Below, in pieces: positions 22,029 to 31,710 of a stretch of DNA of 64,000 nucleotides (position 1 is the first letter of the stretch; each line of letters starts with the position of its first letter). Location of the stretch: positions 128,001 to 192,000 of the forward strand of contig JASGJN010000013.1 in the NCBI GenBank assembly GCA_049840735.1. The letters are read 5' to 3'. The DNA is from Anaeromyxobacter sp. (GTDB taxonomy: Bacteria > Myxococcota > Myxococcia > Myxococcales > Anaeromyxobacteraceae). Under the pieces are notes generated by a model. The model worked only from the letters and a program-made list of their open reading frames with translations, searched no databases and was not told the DNA's origin. A program made the translations under genes and the position numbers.

Positions 22029-22268
22029 CTAGCTCTCCTTCTTGCCCTCGTCCTTCTTCTCCTCCGGCTGCCCGTGCTTGTGGCCGCCGCAGGTGCACTT
22101 GTCGCCGCACTTGCACTCCTTCGAAGGCTCCTTGCCGCAGTTGCAGACGGCGTCCTTCTTGTCCACCTGGGCGTGCATCGGGCAGTTCTTGCAGCCCTCG
22201 CAGGCGGAGGCGGGGGCGGCGGAGACGAGCAGGGCGAAGGCGGCGACGGCGGCCAGCAGGGTCTTCAT
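22029..22268 (-). CDS. Small secreted Cys-rich, metallothionein-like protein (79 aa)
   Basis: AGGAG RBS; signal peptide ending APASA; 9 Cys as CxxCxxC, CxC, CxC…CxC; His/Lys/Glu tail. Confidence 0.75.
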   Translation of the reverse strand: MKTLLAAVAAFALLVSAAPASACEGCKNCPMHAQVDKKDAVCNCGKEPSKECKCGDKCTCGGHKHGQPEEKKDEGKKES

Positions 22269-22439
22269 CTTTCGGCTCCTCGAAGATGGAGCGGGCCGCG
22301 GACGGCCCGGTGGATGGAGCACCGTAGGAGCCCCGTTCCAGGCTGTCAAGCTGGCCCCCCGCAACTGGGTAGCATCCGCGACCACCCGCGGCACTTCTCG
22401 CTGTTCAGCGCGAACGATCGCCCGCTAGATTGCGGATAC

Positions 22440-23636
22440 ATGCCTGCTGCCTTCGATCCGGACCGGCTGCTCCAGCTGCTGCGCGACCCGCACGTGGAGA
22501 GCCAGTCCATCGCCACCGAGTTCGGCGTCCCGCGCGAGGAGGCCGGGCGCGCCTCGCGGCTCGTCATGGGCCTCGCCAGGGCCAAGCCGGAGGACCTCCT
22601 CACGCTGCCGGGGCCGCTGGCGGCGGCGCTGGCCCGCGCCGCGCAGAACGCCTCCCGCGCCGACCTGCTGGTGGCGCTGGGCGGCCACGCCTCCAAGGAC
22701 GTGGCCAAGGAGGCCAAGCGCGCCCTGCACGTGCTGAAGACCCGCGGCGTGGCCATCCCGGAGTCGCCCCGGGCTGCCCCGCCGCCCCCGCCGCCGCCGG
22801 CGGCGGACCCGGCGCTGGCGGCCTACGCCTCGGTGGTGGACGGCACCGGCGAGCGCGCGGTGTGGCTGCCGCGCGGCGTGCCCGGGCGCGGCGTGGAGAT
22901 CGCGCAGACAGTGCTCGCCGACGAGCGCGGGCTGGTGACGCTGCAGCTCGGGTTCCTGGGGCGCAAGGACTGGCGCGCCTTCGCGAAGGAGATCGTCGAG
23001 CGCGGCGCGGCCATGGGGGTGTGCGAGGTCCCGCGCGAGCTGGCCCACGCCTGGATCGCCGCCGCGCGCCGGCAGAACGAGGAGACCGGGCAGCGCGTGC
23101 CGGACGGCGCCGACCTGTGGCTGGCGCAGCTGGGGCCGGCGCCGGCGGTCCCGGATCCGGCGGCGGCGTTCCCGGCGCTGTCGCCCGAGGAGGCGGGCGA
23201 GGCGCTGGCCCGCTCCGGCACGCTGCACGACCTGGCCATGCTGGCGGGCTGGCTCGCCGACCCGGGCTACCTGCGCGAGGTGGCCGCGAAGCTGGACGAG
23301 GTGGCGGTCTCGCCGCTCTACCTGGACGAGCAGCAGCGCGCCGATCAGATGGCGCGGGTGGTGGGCGACGCCGCCGACGCCTACCTCACGCCGGCCCGCC
23401 GGGCGGCGCTCTCGCGCCGGCTCTTCGGCGTGGCCGAGCACCTCCGGCTCCGCGGCGACGCGGCCCACGCCGGCGTGGCGGCGGCCACCGCCCGCGCGCT
23501 GGGCGAGGGGGCCCCGGCGCGCGACCTGCCCTTCGCGCGGCTGCTGGTGGAGCGGGCCTTCCCGCGCCAGCCCTCGGTGCCGCCGCGCCCCGCCGCGGGC
23601 ACCTCCCAGGCCAGCCCCCTCATCCTGCCGCGGTGA
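22440..23636 (+). CDS. Hypothetical protein
   Basis: 398-aa ORF with typical GC3 codon bias and a Pro-rich linker; no family recognised. Confidence 0.75.
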   Translation: MPAAFDPDRLLQLLRDPHVESQSIATEFGVPREEAGRASRLVMGLARAKPEDLLTLPGPLAAALARAAQNASRADLLVALGGHASKDVAKEAKRALHVLKTRGVAIPESPRAAPPPPPPPAADPALAAYASVVDGTGERAVWLPRGVPGRGVEIAQTVLADERGLVTLQLGFLGRKDWRAFAKEIVERGAAMGVCEVPRELAHAWIAAARRQNEETGQRVPDGADLWLAQLGPAPAVPDPAAAFPALSPEEAGEALARSGTLHDLAMLAGWLADPGYLREVAAKLDEVAVSPLYLDEQQRADQMARVVGDAADAYLTPARRAALSRRLFGVAEHLRLRGDAAHAGVAAATARALGEGAPARDLPFARLLVERAFPRQPSVPPRPAAGTSQASPLILPR

Positions 23637-23718
23637 GGGCAGGCCGGGGCCTGGCCGGCCCGGCCCCCCATGGCCGCTCCACATTGACCCCGGACAGCCC
23701 CTGCGCTACCTCTCCGCC

Positions 23719-24141
23719 GTGCCGCCGCCCAAGGGTCCCTCCCCCACCGTCGACGTGATCATCCAGCTGCCCGGCGACCGCGTGGTGCTGGTCCGCCGCA
23801 AGTACCCGCCGCCCGGCTGGGCCCTGCCGGGCGGGTTCGTGGACGTGGGCGAGACGCTGGAGGCCGCCGCGGTGCGCGAGGCGCGCGAGGAGACCGGGCT
23901 GGAGGTGGAGCTGACCGACCTCCTCTACGTCTACTCCGACCCGCGCCGCGACCCTCGCCAGCACACCGTCTCGACGGTGTTCCTGGGGCGGGCCGCCGGC
24001 GAGCCGGCCGGGGCCGACGACGCCGCCGAGGCCACCGCCTTCGCCTGGAGCGCGCTCCCCTCCCCCATCGCCTTCGACCACGGCGACATCCTGGCCGACG
24101 CCCGCCGCTTCCTGCTGACCGGCGCGCGGCGGCGCCCGTGA
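23719..24141 (+). CDS. NUDIX hydrolase
   Basis: Nudix box [36 protein letters not shown]. Confidence 0.93.
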   Translation: MPPPKGPSPTVDVIIQLPGDRVVLVRRKYPPPGWALPGGFVDVGETLEAAAVREAREETGLEVELTDLLYVYSDPRRDPRQHTVSTVFLGRAAGEPAGADDAAEATAFAWSALPSPIAFDHGDILADARRFLLTGARRRP

Positions 24142-24719
24142 GGCCGGACCTGCCGGCGCCCGCCATGCCCCTCTCCCCCACCGACCGCGCCGCCCTGCTC
24201 GGCCTCGCCCGCGAGGCCATCCGCGCCCACCTGGCCGGCGCCCCGGCCCCGGCGCTGCCGGGCGATGGGCCGCTGGCTGCGCCCTCGGGCGCCTTCGTCA
24301 CGCTGCGCCAGGCCAGCGAGGTGCGCGGGGCCATGGGCACCTTCACGCCGGAGGGCTCGCTGGCGGCCACCGTGACCGCGCAGGCGGTGCGGGCGGCCGC
24401 GGACGATCCGCGCTTCCCGCCGCTCGCGGCGGAGGAGCTGCCCGGGCTGCGCATCGAGGTGGCGGTGGTCGGCCCGCCGCGCGCGCTGGCCGACCGCCGC
24501 GCCGTGCGCGTCGAGGTCGAGGGGCTGCGCGTCACCAGCGGCTGGCACCGCGGGCTGCTCCTGCCCGCCGCCGCCCGCGCCGGCGGCTGGGACGCGGCCG
24601 CCTACCTCAAGCATGTCTGCCTGCAGGCCGGCCTGCACGCCCGCGCCTGGCAGGAGCCGGCCACGGTGATCGAGGCGTTCGAGGCCGAGGAGTTCGGGGA
24701 GGAGCCCACGACGTGCTGA
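24138..24719 (+). CDS. AMMECR1-domain protein (AmmeMemoRadiSam protein A-like)
   Basis: GAFVTL, RG(A)[28 protein letters not shown]; start may be 24165. Confidence 0.85.
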   Translation: MRPDLPAPAMPLSPTDRAALLGLAREAIRAHLAGAPAPALPGDGPLAAPSGAFVTLRQASEVRGAMGTFTPEGSLAATVTAQAVRAAADDPRFPPLAAEELPGLRIEVAVVGPPRALADRRAVRVEVEGLRVTSGWHRGLLLPAAARAGGWDAAAYLKHVCLQAGLHARAWQEPATVIEAFEAEEFGEEPTTC

Positions 24720-25771
24720 TCAACGTGCTGTCCATCCTGGCCGCGGTCCTGGGAGTCTCGGCCCTCATCGTCCTCCACGAGGCCGGCCACTTCCTGGTGG
24801 CCCGGGCCTGCGGCATGCGGGTGGAGCGGTTCAGCGTCGGCTTCGGCAAGGTGCTGTTCCGGTTCCAGCGTGGCGAGACCGAGTTCGCCATCTCGGCGCT
24901 GCCGCTGGGCGGCTACGTGAGCATCAGCGGCATGGGCGTGGGCGAGGAGATCTCGCCGGACGACCGCACCGCCTACTGCAACCAGGCGCCCTGGCGCCGC
25001 TTCGCGGTGATCCTGGCCGGGCCCTTCGCGAACTACGCGCTGGCCGTCGTCATGGCCGCGGTGCTGCTGCTGGGGGTGGGGCTCTCCGCGGCGGACCCGA
25101 CGGCGCGGGTGGGCGAGGTCACGCCCGGCATGCCCGCCGAGCAGGCCGGGCTCCAGCGTGGCGATCGCATCACCTCCGCCGCAGGCGTGAAGGTGGCGAC
25201 CTTCGCCGAGCTGGTGACCGAGCTCCAGCGGCATCCCGGCCAGACCATCACACTGGAGGTGGTCCGTGGCGACGGCCCCGACGCGCAGGGGCTGGCGGTG
25301 CCCATCACGCCCAGGGACCAGGGCGGCAAGGGGCGCGTCGGCTTCGGCCAGGCCACCCTCCTCACCCACGCCGATGGTCCGGCCGACGCGGTGGCCCAGT
25401 CGTTCGACCGCACGCACACGGTGCTCGCGGCGCAGGTGGGCGCCTTCAGCCAGCTCTTCTCCAACGCGGCCAACGTCGAGGGGCCGGTGGGGATCGGCAA
25501 GCGGCTCTTCCACGCCGCCAAGGAAGGGGCCGGCCCGTTCTTCACGCTCCTCTGGCTCATCTCGGCGGTGCTGGCGCTCTTCAACCTGTTCCCCATTCCC
25601 GGCCTGGACGGCGCGCGGCTGGCCTTCCTCGGCTACGAGCTCATCACCCGCCGCAAGGTGAACGCCCGGGTGGAGACGGTGATCCACACCGTGGGCGTGC
25701 TGGCGCTGCTGGGGCTCTTGGCGCTGGTGTCGCTCAAGGACATCGCGAACCTGCTGCATGTCGGGAGGTAG
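24713..25771 (+). CDS. rseP: RIP metalloprotease RseP (M50, PDZ)
   Basis: HEAGH, FSVGFG, PLGGYV, AGPFAN, PDZ, GPVGI, NLFPIPGLDG. Confidence 0.92.
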   Translation: MLINVLSILAAVLGVSALIVLHEAGHFLVARACGMRVERFSVGFGKVLFRFQRGETEFAISALPLGGYVSISGMGVGEEISPDDRTAYCNQAPWRRFAVILAGPFANYALAVVMAAVLLLGVGLSAADPTARVGEVTPGMPAEQAGLQRGDRITSAAGVKVATFAELVTELQRHPGQTITLEVVRGDGPDAQGLAVPITPRDQGGKGRVGFGQATLLTHADGPADAVAQSFDRTHTVLAAQVGAFSQLFSNAANVEGPVGIGKRLFHAAKEGAGPFFTLLWLISAVLALFNLFPIPGLDGARLAFLGYELITRRKVNARVETVIHTVGVLALLGLLALVSLKDIANLLHVGR

Positions 25772-26058
25772 GGCCGCCCCTGGGCGTCCGCCTGCGGGGC
25801 GCCGGCGAGGGCGTCCCCGACGGCCGAGGGTGCAGGCGGACCTGCGCCCGCCTGGCCTCCCCGCGAACGGCGCCGGGTGGGCATGTGACAGCCCCAGCGT
25901 TCCGCATCTCCACGGCCACCCCGGTGACCCGCTGGGCGTACCCTGGAGTCGGGTAACCACCCGTGTTCCGGCCGCTTCACCACGCCCCGGTGACCCGGTC
26001 CCCTGGGACGCGAGGCCCGGCAGTTGGTGGTATCCTCCCCGCCTCGAAGGAGCCCCTG

Positions 26059-26415
26059 GTGAAGGTGCTGATCGCCGACGACGACCGCCTGGTTCGGGCC
26101 ATGCTGGGAGACCTCCTGGCCGAGCTCGGGCACCAGGCCGTGCCGGCCGAGAACGGGGCCGAGGCGGTGGCGCTCTGCGCCCGCGAGACCTTCGACGTGC
26201 TGGTGCTCGACCTGCTCATGCCGCGGCTCTCCGGCCTGGATGCGCTCCGCCAGCTGCGGGAGGCCGGGGTGCGGGCGCCCGCCATCCTGCTCACCGCCAT
26301 CAGCGACCGGAGCTTCCGCGAGCTGGAGGGCGCCGACATCGTCCAGGTCCGGCTGGAGAAGCCGGTGACCCGGCGGGCGCTGGAGAAGGCCCTGGCGCGG
26401 GTGACGGCGCCATGA
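26059..26415 (+). CDS. Single-domain response regulator
   Basis: AAGGAG RBS; VLIADDD, VLDLLMP, LTA, EKP. Confidence 0.88.
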   Translation: MKVLIADDDRLVRAMLGDLLAELGHQAVPAENGAEAVALCARETFDVLVLDLLMPRLSGLDALRQLREAGVRAPAILLTAISDRSFRELEGADIVQVRLEKPVTRRALEKALARVTAP

Positions 26416-27392
26416 GGCTCTCGCGCGCGCTGGTCCTGGTGGTGGTCGCGGCCGGCGCGGTGCCGGTGGCGCTGCTCGGGCCGCTGCTGGTGCGGGCCCG
26501 CGGCGGCCTCGACGCGCCGGTGATCCTCGCGCTGGTGCTCTCGCTCTCGGCGGCCGCGGCCTGCGGCGCGCTGGTGGCGCGCAGCGTGACCCGGCCCATC
26601 GCCGAGTGCGTGCGCGGGGCGCTGGAGATCGCCCGCGGGCGGTTCGGGCGCGAGGTGCACGTCCACGCGCGCAACGAGATCGGCGACCTGGCCTACACCT
26701 TCAACCACATGTCCCGCGAGCTGGCGAGCTACGACGCCGAGAACCAGCGGCTCATCGCGGCCATGGAGCGGGGCTACCTCGAGACCATCCGCAGCCTGGC
26801 CTCCGCCATCGACGCCAAGGACCCGTACACGCGCGGCCACTCGCAGCGGGTGGCGGCGCTGGCGGTCGAGATCGGCAGGGAGCTGGGGCTCGGGCCGGAG
26901 GAGCTGCAGGCGCTGGAGTACGGCGGCGTGCTGCACGACATCGGCAAGATCGGCCAGCCGGACGCCATCCTGGGCAAGGCCTCGACGCTGACCGACGCCG
27001 AGCGGCTGCACATGCGCGACCACCCGCGCGTCGGCGCCGAGATCGTGGAGGGCGTCTCCTTCCTGGCGCGCGCGGCCCCGGCCATCCGCAACCACCACGA
27101 GCGCTGGGACGGCAAGGGCTACCCGGACGGCCTGGCCGGTGAGGCCATCCCGCTGGTGGCCCGCATCGTCAACGCCGCCGACACCTGGGACGCCTGCACC
27201 TCCACGCGCCCCTACCAGAAGGCCTTCGCGCTGGAGGAGGTGGTGCAGATCATGGCCAACCTCCGCGGCACCCAGCTCGACCCCACCGTGCATGACGCGC
27301 TCCTGGCGCTGGTGCGCAAGCGCGACGGCAAGCCGACCGCGGCCCGCCGCGATGAGCGCTCCGGGGCGGGGCCCGCCGCGGCGGCGGTCTAG
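26412..27392 (+). CDS. Membrane HAMP + HD-GYP protein
   Basis: Two TM helices, HAMP (NEIGDLAYTFN), AKDPYTRGHS, LHDIGK, HHERWDGKGYP; ATGA overlap with the upstream regulator. Confidence 0.9.
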   Translation: MRLSRALVLVVVAAGAVPVALLGPLLVRARGGLDAPVILALVLSLSAAAACGALVARSVTRPIAECVRGALEIARGRFGREVHVHARNEIGDLAYTFNHMSRELASYDAENQRLIAAMERGYLETIRSLASAIDAKDPYTRGHSQRVAALAVEIGRELGLGPEELQALEYGGVLHDIGKIGQPDAILGKASTLTDAERLHMRDHPRVGAEIVEGVSFLARAAPAIRNHHERWDGKGYPDGLAGEAIPLVARIVNAADTWDACTSTRPYQKAFALEEVVQIMANLRGTQLDPTVHDALLALVRKRDGKPTAARRDERSGAGPAAAAV

Positions 27393-27469
27393 GCCGACCG
27401 GCCCCCGCGGCGCGGCACGCCCGTCCATTTCGCGCGCGCCCGGCCGTCCGGCATTACACTGCCGCTCCC

Positions 27470-28102
27470 ATGCCCACCCGCCTCGCCCTGCTCGATCTCG
27501 ACGGCACCCTGGTCGACTCGGTCGACGACCTGGCCGCCTCCGTCAACCACGCCCTGGCCACGCTCGGCCTCCCCGCCCGCTCCACCGCCGAGGTGCGCGG
27601 GTTCATCGGCGACGGGGCGCGGGTGCTGCTGGAGCGCGCCGTGGCCCCGCGCGGCGAGCTGGTCGAGCCGGCCCTGGCCGCCTGGCGCGCGCACTACCAG
27701 GGGCACCTGCTCGATCGCACGCGCGCCTACGCCGGGATCCCCGAGGTGCTGGCCGGCGCCGGCCGCCCGCTGGCGGTGCTCACCAACAAGCCCGGCGACA
27801 TGGCCCGGCGCATCCTCGAGGGACTGGGGCTCCTGCCCCGCTTCGCGGCGGTGGTGGGCGGCGACGAGGGGCCGCGCAAGCCGGATCCGGCCGGCGCGCT
27901 CGGGCTCATCGCGCGGCTGGGCGGGCGCCCGGAGGACGCGGTGCTGATCGGCGACAGCGCCGTGGACGCCGCCACCGCCCGCGCCGCCGGCCTCCGCTTC
28001 GTGGCCGTGACCTGGGGGCTCACCTCGCGCGAGGCGCTGGTCCGCGCCGGCGCCACCACCTTCGCCGCGCGGCCCGGGGAGCTGGCGCCATGGCTCGCGT
28101 GA
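27470..28102 (+). CDS. gph: HAD hydrolase, phosphoglycolate phosphatase-like
   Basis: DLDGTLVDS, LTNKP, RKPDP, IGDS..D. Confidence 0.82.
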   Translation: MPTRLALLDLDGTLVDSVDDLAASVNHALATLGLPARSTAEVRGFIGDGARVLLERAVAPRGELVEPALAAWRAHYQGHLLDRTRAYAGIPEVLAGAGRPLAVLTNKPGDMARRILEGLGLLPRFAAVVGGDEGPRKPDPAGALGLIARLGGRPEDAVLIGDSAVDAATARAAGLRFVAVTWGLTSREALVRAGATTFAARPGELAPWLA

Positions 28103-28192
28103 AGGGCGGGGGTGCCTCCCGCGGGGCCCGCAGGCCCGCCGGGGGGAAGGCGAAAACTCGCCCGGGCGGATTCGGGCGTGGTACCGGGGGGC

Positions 28193-28534
28193 ATGTTCCG
28201 GGTGGCGCTCAAGCTGGCCCTGGCTGCAGCGGTGCTGGCCGCGGTGTGGGCCTTCGTCCCCATCGGCGGGCGCACGCTCTCCGACCGCTGGAAGCGCGCC
28301 CGCACCCCGGTGGACTTCGTGGAGCGCGGCTGGGCCGAGCTGCGCGGCCCGTCCGCCCCGCCCGCGGCCGACGAGCAGGCGCCGCCCCGCCGCCCGCCGG
28401 CCGGGAAGCCGGCGCAGCGCCAGGCCGCCGCCCCGCCGCCCGCGCGCAAGCCGCCGGTCGAGACCCACTCCGAGGCCGACCGCAAGGCGCTCGACCGCCT
28501 GCTGTCGCAGGAGCTCCAGCAGCACGACCGCTGA
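28193..28534 (+). CDS. Small membrane-anchored hypothetical protein
   Basis: N-terminal TM (…FVPIGGRTL), Pro/Ala linker, C-terminal E.HSEADRKALDRL. Confidence 0.7.
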   Translation: MFRVALKLALAAAVLAAVWAFVPIGGRTLSDRWKRARTPVDFVERGWAELRGPSAPPAADEQAPPRRPPAGKPAQRQAAAPPPARKPPVETHSEADRKALDRLLSQELQQHDR

Positions 28535-28687
28535 GGCGGCACCCCGCTGCCTTCGCCCTCGCCGCACCGGGTGCGTCCGGGCCGTTGCGCGCGATCGCAC
28601 GCCCTCCCCACCTTGCACGAGGGGGGTAGGCACGGCGCCGGGGCCATGGAGCCCCGCGGCGAGGCCCGCGGTCCCGGGGGGAACATC

Positions 28688-29924
28688 ATGGCGGCGGCGT
28701 GGGCAGCGCTCCTTGTGGCCGTGCAGCTCGGGGCCGCGCCGGAGGCGCCCCTCTACTCCGAGGGGGCGCGCATCGCCAACCTCCCGGCCGCGCCGGGCGG
28801 GCAGCTCCCGGACCTGACGCGGCTCGCGCAGGCCGCCATGCCCGCGGTGGTGGGCGTGCTGACGACGCAGCGCACGCCGCCCACCATGGCCGACGACTCG
28901 CTGCGCGACCTCTTCGACAAGCTGCACGACGGGCCGCGCAAGGGCGTGGGCTCGGGCTTCGTGATCCGACCGGGACGGCTGGATCCTCACCAACGCCCAC
29001 GTGGTTGAGGGCGCCGAACAGGTGGAGGTGGACCGCGGCGAGGGCCAGGCCCGCCTGCCGGCGCGCGTGGTGGGCCTCGACTCCGAGTCGGACGTGGCGC
29101 TCCTCAAGGTGGACGCCGGCGCGCCGCTGCCGGTGCTGCCGCTGGGCGACTCGGAGCAGCTGGGCGTCGCCGAGTGGGTGATGGTGATCGGGAACCCGTT
29201 CGGCCTCGACCATTCGGTGACGCTGGGGATCGTGAGCCACACCGGCCGCGCCGACATCTCGCCGGTGGGCCGCCCCGGCACCTACGACTTCGTCCAGACC
29301 GACGCCTCCATCAACCCCGGCAACTCCGGCGGCCCGGTGCTCAACCTGCACGGTGAGGTGGTGGCCATCGCCACCGCCGTCAACGCCACGGGCCAGGGGA
29401 TTGGCTTCGCCATCCCCATCAACATGGCCAAGGAGATCGTCGGCCAGCTCAAGACGCGAGGGAAGGTTATCCGCAGCTGGCTGGGCGTCTCGGTCCGCGA
29501 GCCGGAGCCCGGCCCGGCGGCGACCGCCGCCGGCGTGGAGGTGGTGGAGGTGGCCGACGGCAGCCCGGCCGCGCGTGCCGGCGTCCGGGTGGGTGACATC
29601 ATCACCACCGTCCAGGGCCACGCCATCCACACCCCCTCCCGGCTGCGCTGGTACGTCTCCACCGCCGGCGTGGGGCAGGAGATTGAGCTGCGGCTGCGGC
29701 CCCGGCTCGGCGCCCGGGCTGCGCCCGGCGCGGTGGCGCGGAGGACCTCGGCCCCCTCGCCGGCCTCGACCGGCGCCGGGGCCGGCGGGGTGACCGCGGT
29801 GGGCGCCGCGGGCGCCGCCGAGGAGGCCGCGGCGGCCGGGGAGCGCACCTTGCGGGCGGTGCTGGTGGAGGTGCCCAGCGCCGAGCAGGCCCGCGAGGCG
29901 ACGCGGCCGCTGGTCGGGGAGTGA
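28688..29924 (+). CDS. HtrA/DegP-like serine protease with PDZ; one frameshift at 28963-28967
   Basis: GSGFVI then, one frame over, DGWILTNAHV, SDVALLK, IGNPFGL, QTDASINPGNSGGP; extra C after GATC. Confidence 0.88.
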
Positions 29925-30034
29925 CGGCCGGGGCGTGGCAGCCCCTCCGCCCTCCCGCGCTGGCGGGAAAACCGGCCTGGGCCCGCGCGCTTGGGGTTGC
30001 TTCCGGCCTCCGGGTCTGGTATCGAGCGCCCTCC

Positions 30035-30320
30035 ATGGCCGAGACCAAGACCAACAAGAAGAAGGCCCCCGCGCCCAAGGGCAACGGGAAGAAGGCCTGC
30101 TCCATCCAGGGCTGCAAGCGCGCGTACCGTGCGAAGGGGCTCTGCTTCTTCCACTACAAGAAGTGGCGCCGCGACGAGATTCGAGGCCAAGCCGGGCCGC
30201 TACGACACGTGCAGCAAGGCCGACTGCAAGAAGAAGGTGGTCGGGCACGGCCTCTGCCAGGAGCACTTCGACGCCTGGAAGAAGTCGCGCAAGAAGAACC
30301 AGGCCGCCGCCGCGGCCTAG
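30035..30320 (+). CDS. Small Lys-rich protein with two C-x4-C-x9-C-x2-H repeats (myxobacterial 'vegetative protein'-like); one frameshift at 30178-30182
   Basis: CSIQGC…CFFH in one frame and CSKADC…CQEH in the next; joined by reading GATTC as GATC. Confidence 0.8.
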
Positions 30321-30472
30321 GACCTCCCAGGCTCCGCCAGCCCGGATTTCATCCGGGTGAAACGGTGCGGAGCGGCCGCTCCGGCCGGTGAGGCGCTCGC
30401 GCGCCGGCCGGCCGGATCGGACGGTCCAGGCCCAGCGGCCCCTCCGGAACTCCATCCGGGCGGAATACCCCG

Positions 30473-30500
30473 AGCCTCCCGGTGCTGCCGGGGGGCTTTT
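30473..30500 (+). terminator. Putative intrinsic terminator
   Basis: AGCCTCCCGG-TGCTG-CCGGGGGGCT hairpin followed by a short T tract. Confidence 0.5.
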
Positions 30501-30630
30501 GGCGTCTCACTCGGCTTGCGTTCACCGTCGAGTGGCTGCGCCCGGAGCTTCGCCTGGCCCGGAGTGGTTTCGTTCACTTCGGCCGGCCGAAGCTGGAGCG
30601 CCAGCCGGTTGCACGCGCCCGGGGGCTCGT

Positions 30631-30783
30631 GACTGGCTCGTGCCCGGCTGGCCCGTGCCCGGCTGGCCCGTGCCCGGCTGGCTCGTGCCTGGCTGGCTCG
30701 TTCCCGGCTGGCTCGTGCCCGGTGGCTCGTGCCCGGTGGCTCGTGCCCGGTGGCTCGTGCCCGGCTGGCTCGCGCCTGGCTGG
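30631..30783. repeat. Tandem repeat, about 10 units of 14-15 bp, consensus GG(C)TGGCTCGTGCCC
   Basis: Units start at 30631, 30646, 30661, 30676, 30691, 30706, 30721, 30735, 30749, 30763. Confidence 0.92.
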
Positions 30784-30816
30784 GTGGGGCTTGGGGAACG
30801 CCGCGGGTCCCGGTCC

Positions 30817-31614
30817 CTAGCCAGCCTGGCCCAGCTGGCGCTCCAGCGCGCGCAGCGCGGCGAGCAACAGCTCCACCTCGCGCTGCGTGGGATCGGCGCG
30901 GGAGAGCAGCCGCCGGAAGTCGGCCAGGATGTGCTCAGGGTTCTGCGGGTTCAGGTACCCGGCGCGCGCCAGCACCGCCTGGGCCCGCGTCCAGAGCGCC
31001 TCCACCGTCGCGTGGCGCGCCGGCTCCGCGGGAGGAGCGCCGGACGGCGCGGCCGCGAGCGGGGCCGCCGCCGGCGCCGGGACGCCCCGGGCCGTCATGG
31101 CCAGCTCGTACGCGACCACCGCCACCGCCTGGGCCAGGTTCATCGAGTCGTAGGCCTGGCCGGTGGGGATGGTGCAGACCGCCTGGCAGAGCTCCAGCTC
31201 CGCGTCGGAGAGGCCCCGGCGCTCCTCCCCGAAGACCACCGCCACCTCCCCCGCCTCGCTGCGGCGGGCCAGCTCGGCGGCCAGCTGACGGGGGTCGAGC
31301 TGGGGCCGCCCCTCCACGGCCCGAGACGTGGTGCCGCAGGTCCAGGTGGCCGTCCCCAGCGCCGCCCGCAGGTCGGGATGGACCTCCAGCTGGTCCAGCA
31401 GGTCGGCGGCCTTCCGCGCCATGCGGCGCGCCCGGGCCAGGACGTCCTCGCGAGCCGTCCCCGGGCCACCGCCGCGCGGCGGACCCGCCCAGGCCTCCGG
31501 CGCCACCACCACCAGCCGCTGGAGGTCGAAGTTCTTCATGACCCGCGCCGCCGCCCCGAGGTTCTCGGCGCTCTGCGGCCGGTGCAGCACCAGCCTGATC
31601 CGACCTGCGTTCAT
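30817..31614 (-). CDS. SPOUT RNA methyltransferase, TrmJ/LasT family
   Basis: ENLGAAARVMKNF, VVFGEERRGLS, SMNLAQAV. Confidence 0.9.
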   Translation of the reverse strand: MNAGRIRLVLHRPQSAENLGAAARVMKNFDLQRLVVVAPEAWAGPPRGGGPGTAREDVLARARRMARKAADLLDQLEVHPDLRAALGTATWTCGTTSRAVEGRPQLDPRQLAAELARRSEAGEVAVVFGEERRGLSDAELELCQAVCTIPTGQAYDSMNLAQAVAVVAYELAMTARGVPAPAAAPLAAAPSGAPPAEPARHATVEALWTRAQAVLARAGYLNPQNPEHILADFRRLLSRADPTQREVELLLAALRALERQLGQAG

Positions 31615-31710
31615 CGACCCTCGCCCGGGGCGGCCCCGCTCCCGCAGGGACGCGCCCCTGCGCTCATCGCGCTGCCCCGTCCTGGCCCCGACCGTATAAC
31701 ATCGCGCGCC

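Noticed and set aside
30631..30783. Possible CRISPR array
   Set aside because: Units are contiguous, 14-15 bp, have no unique spacers, and there are no cas genes
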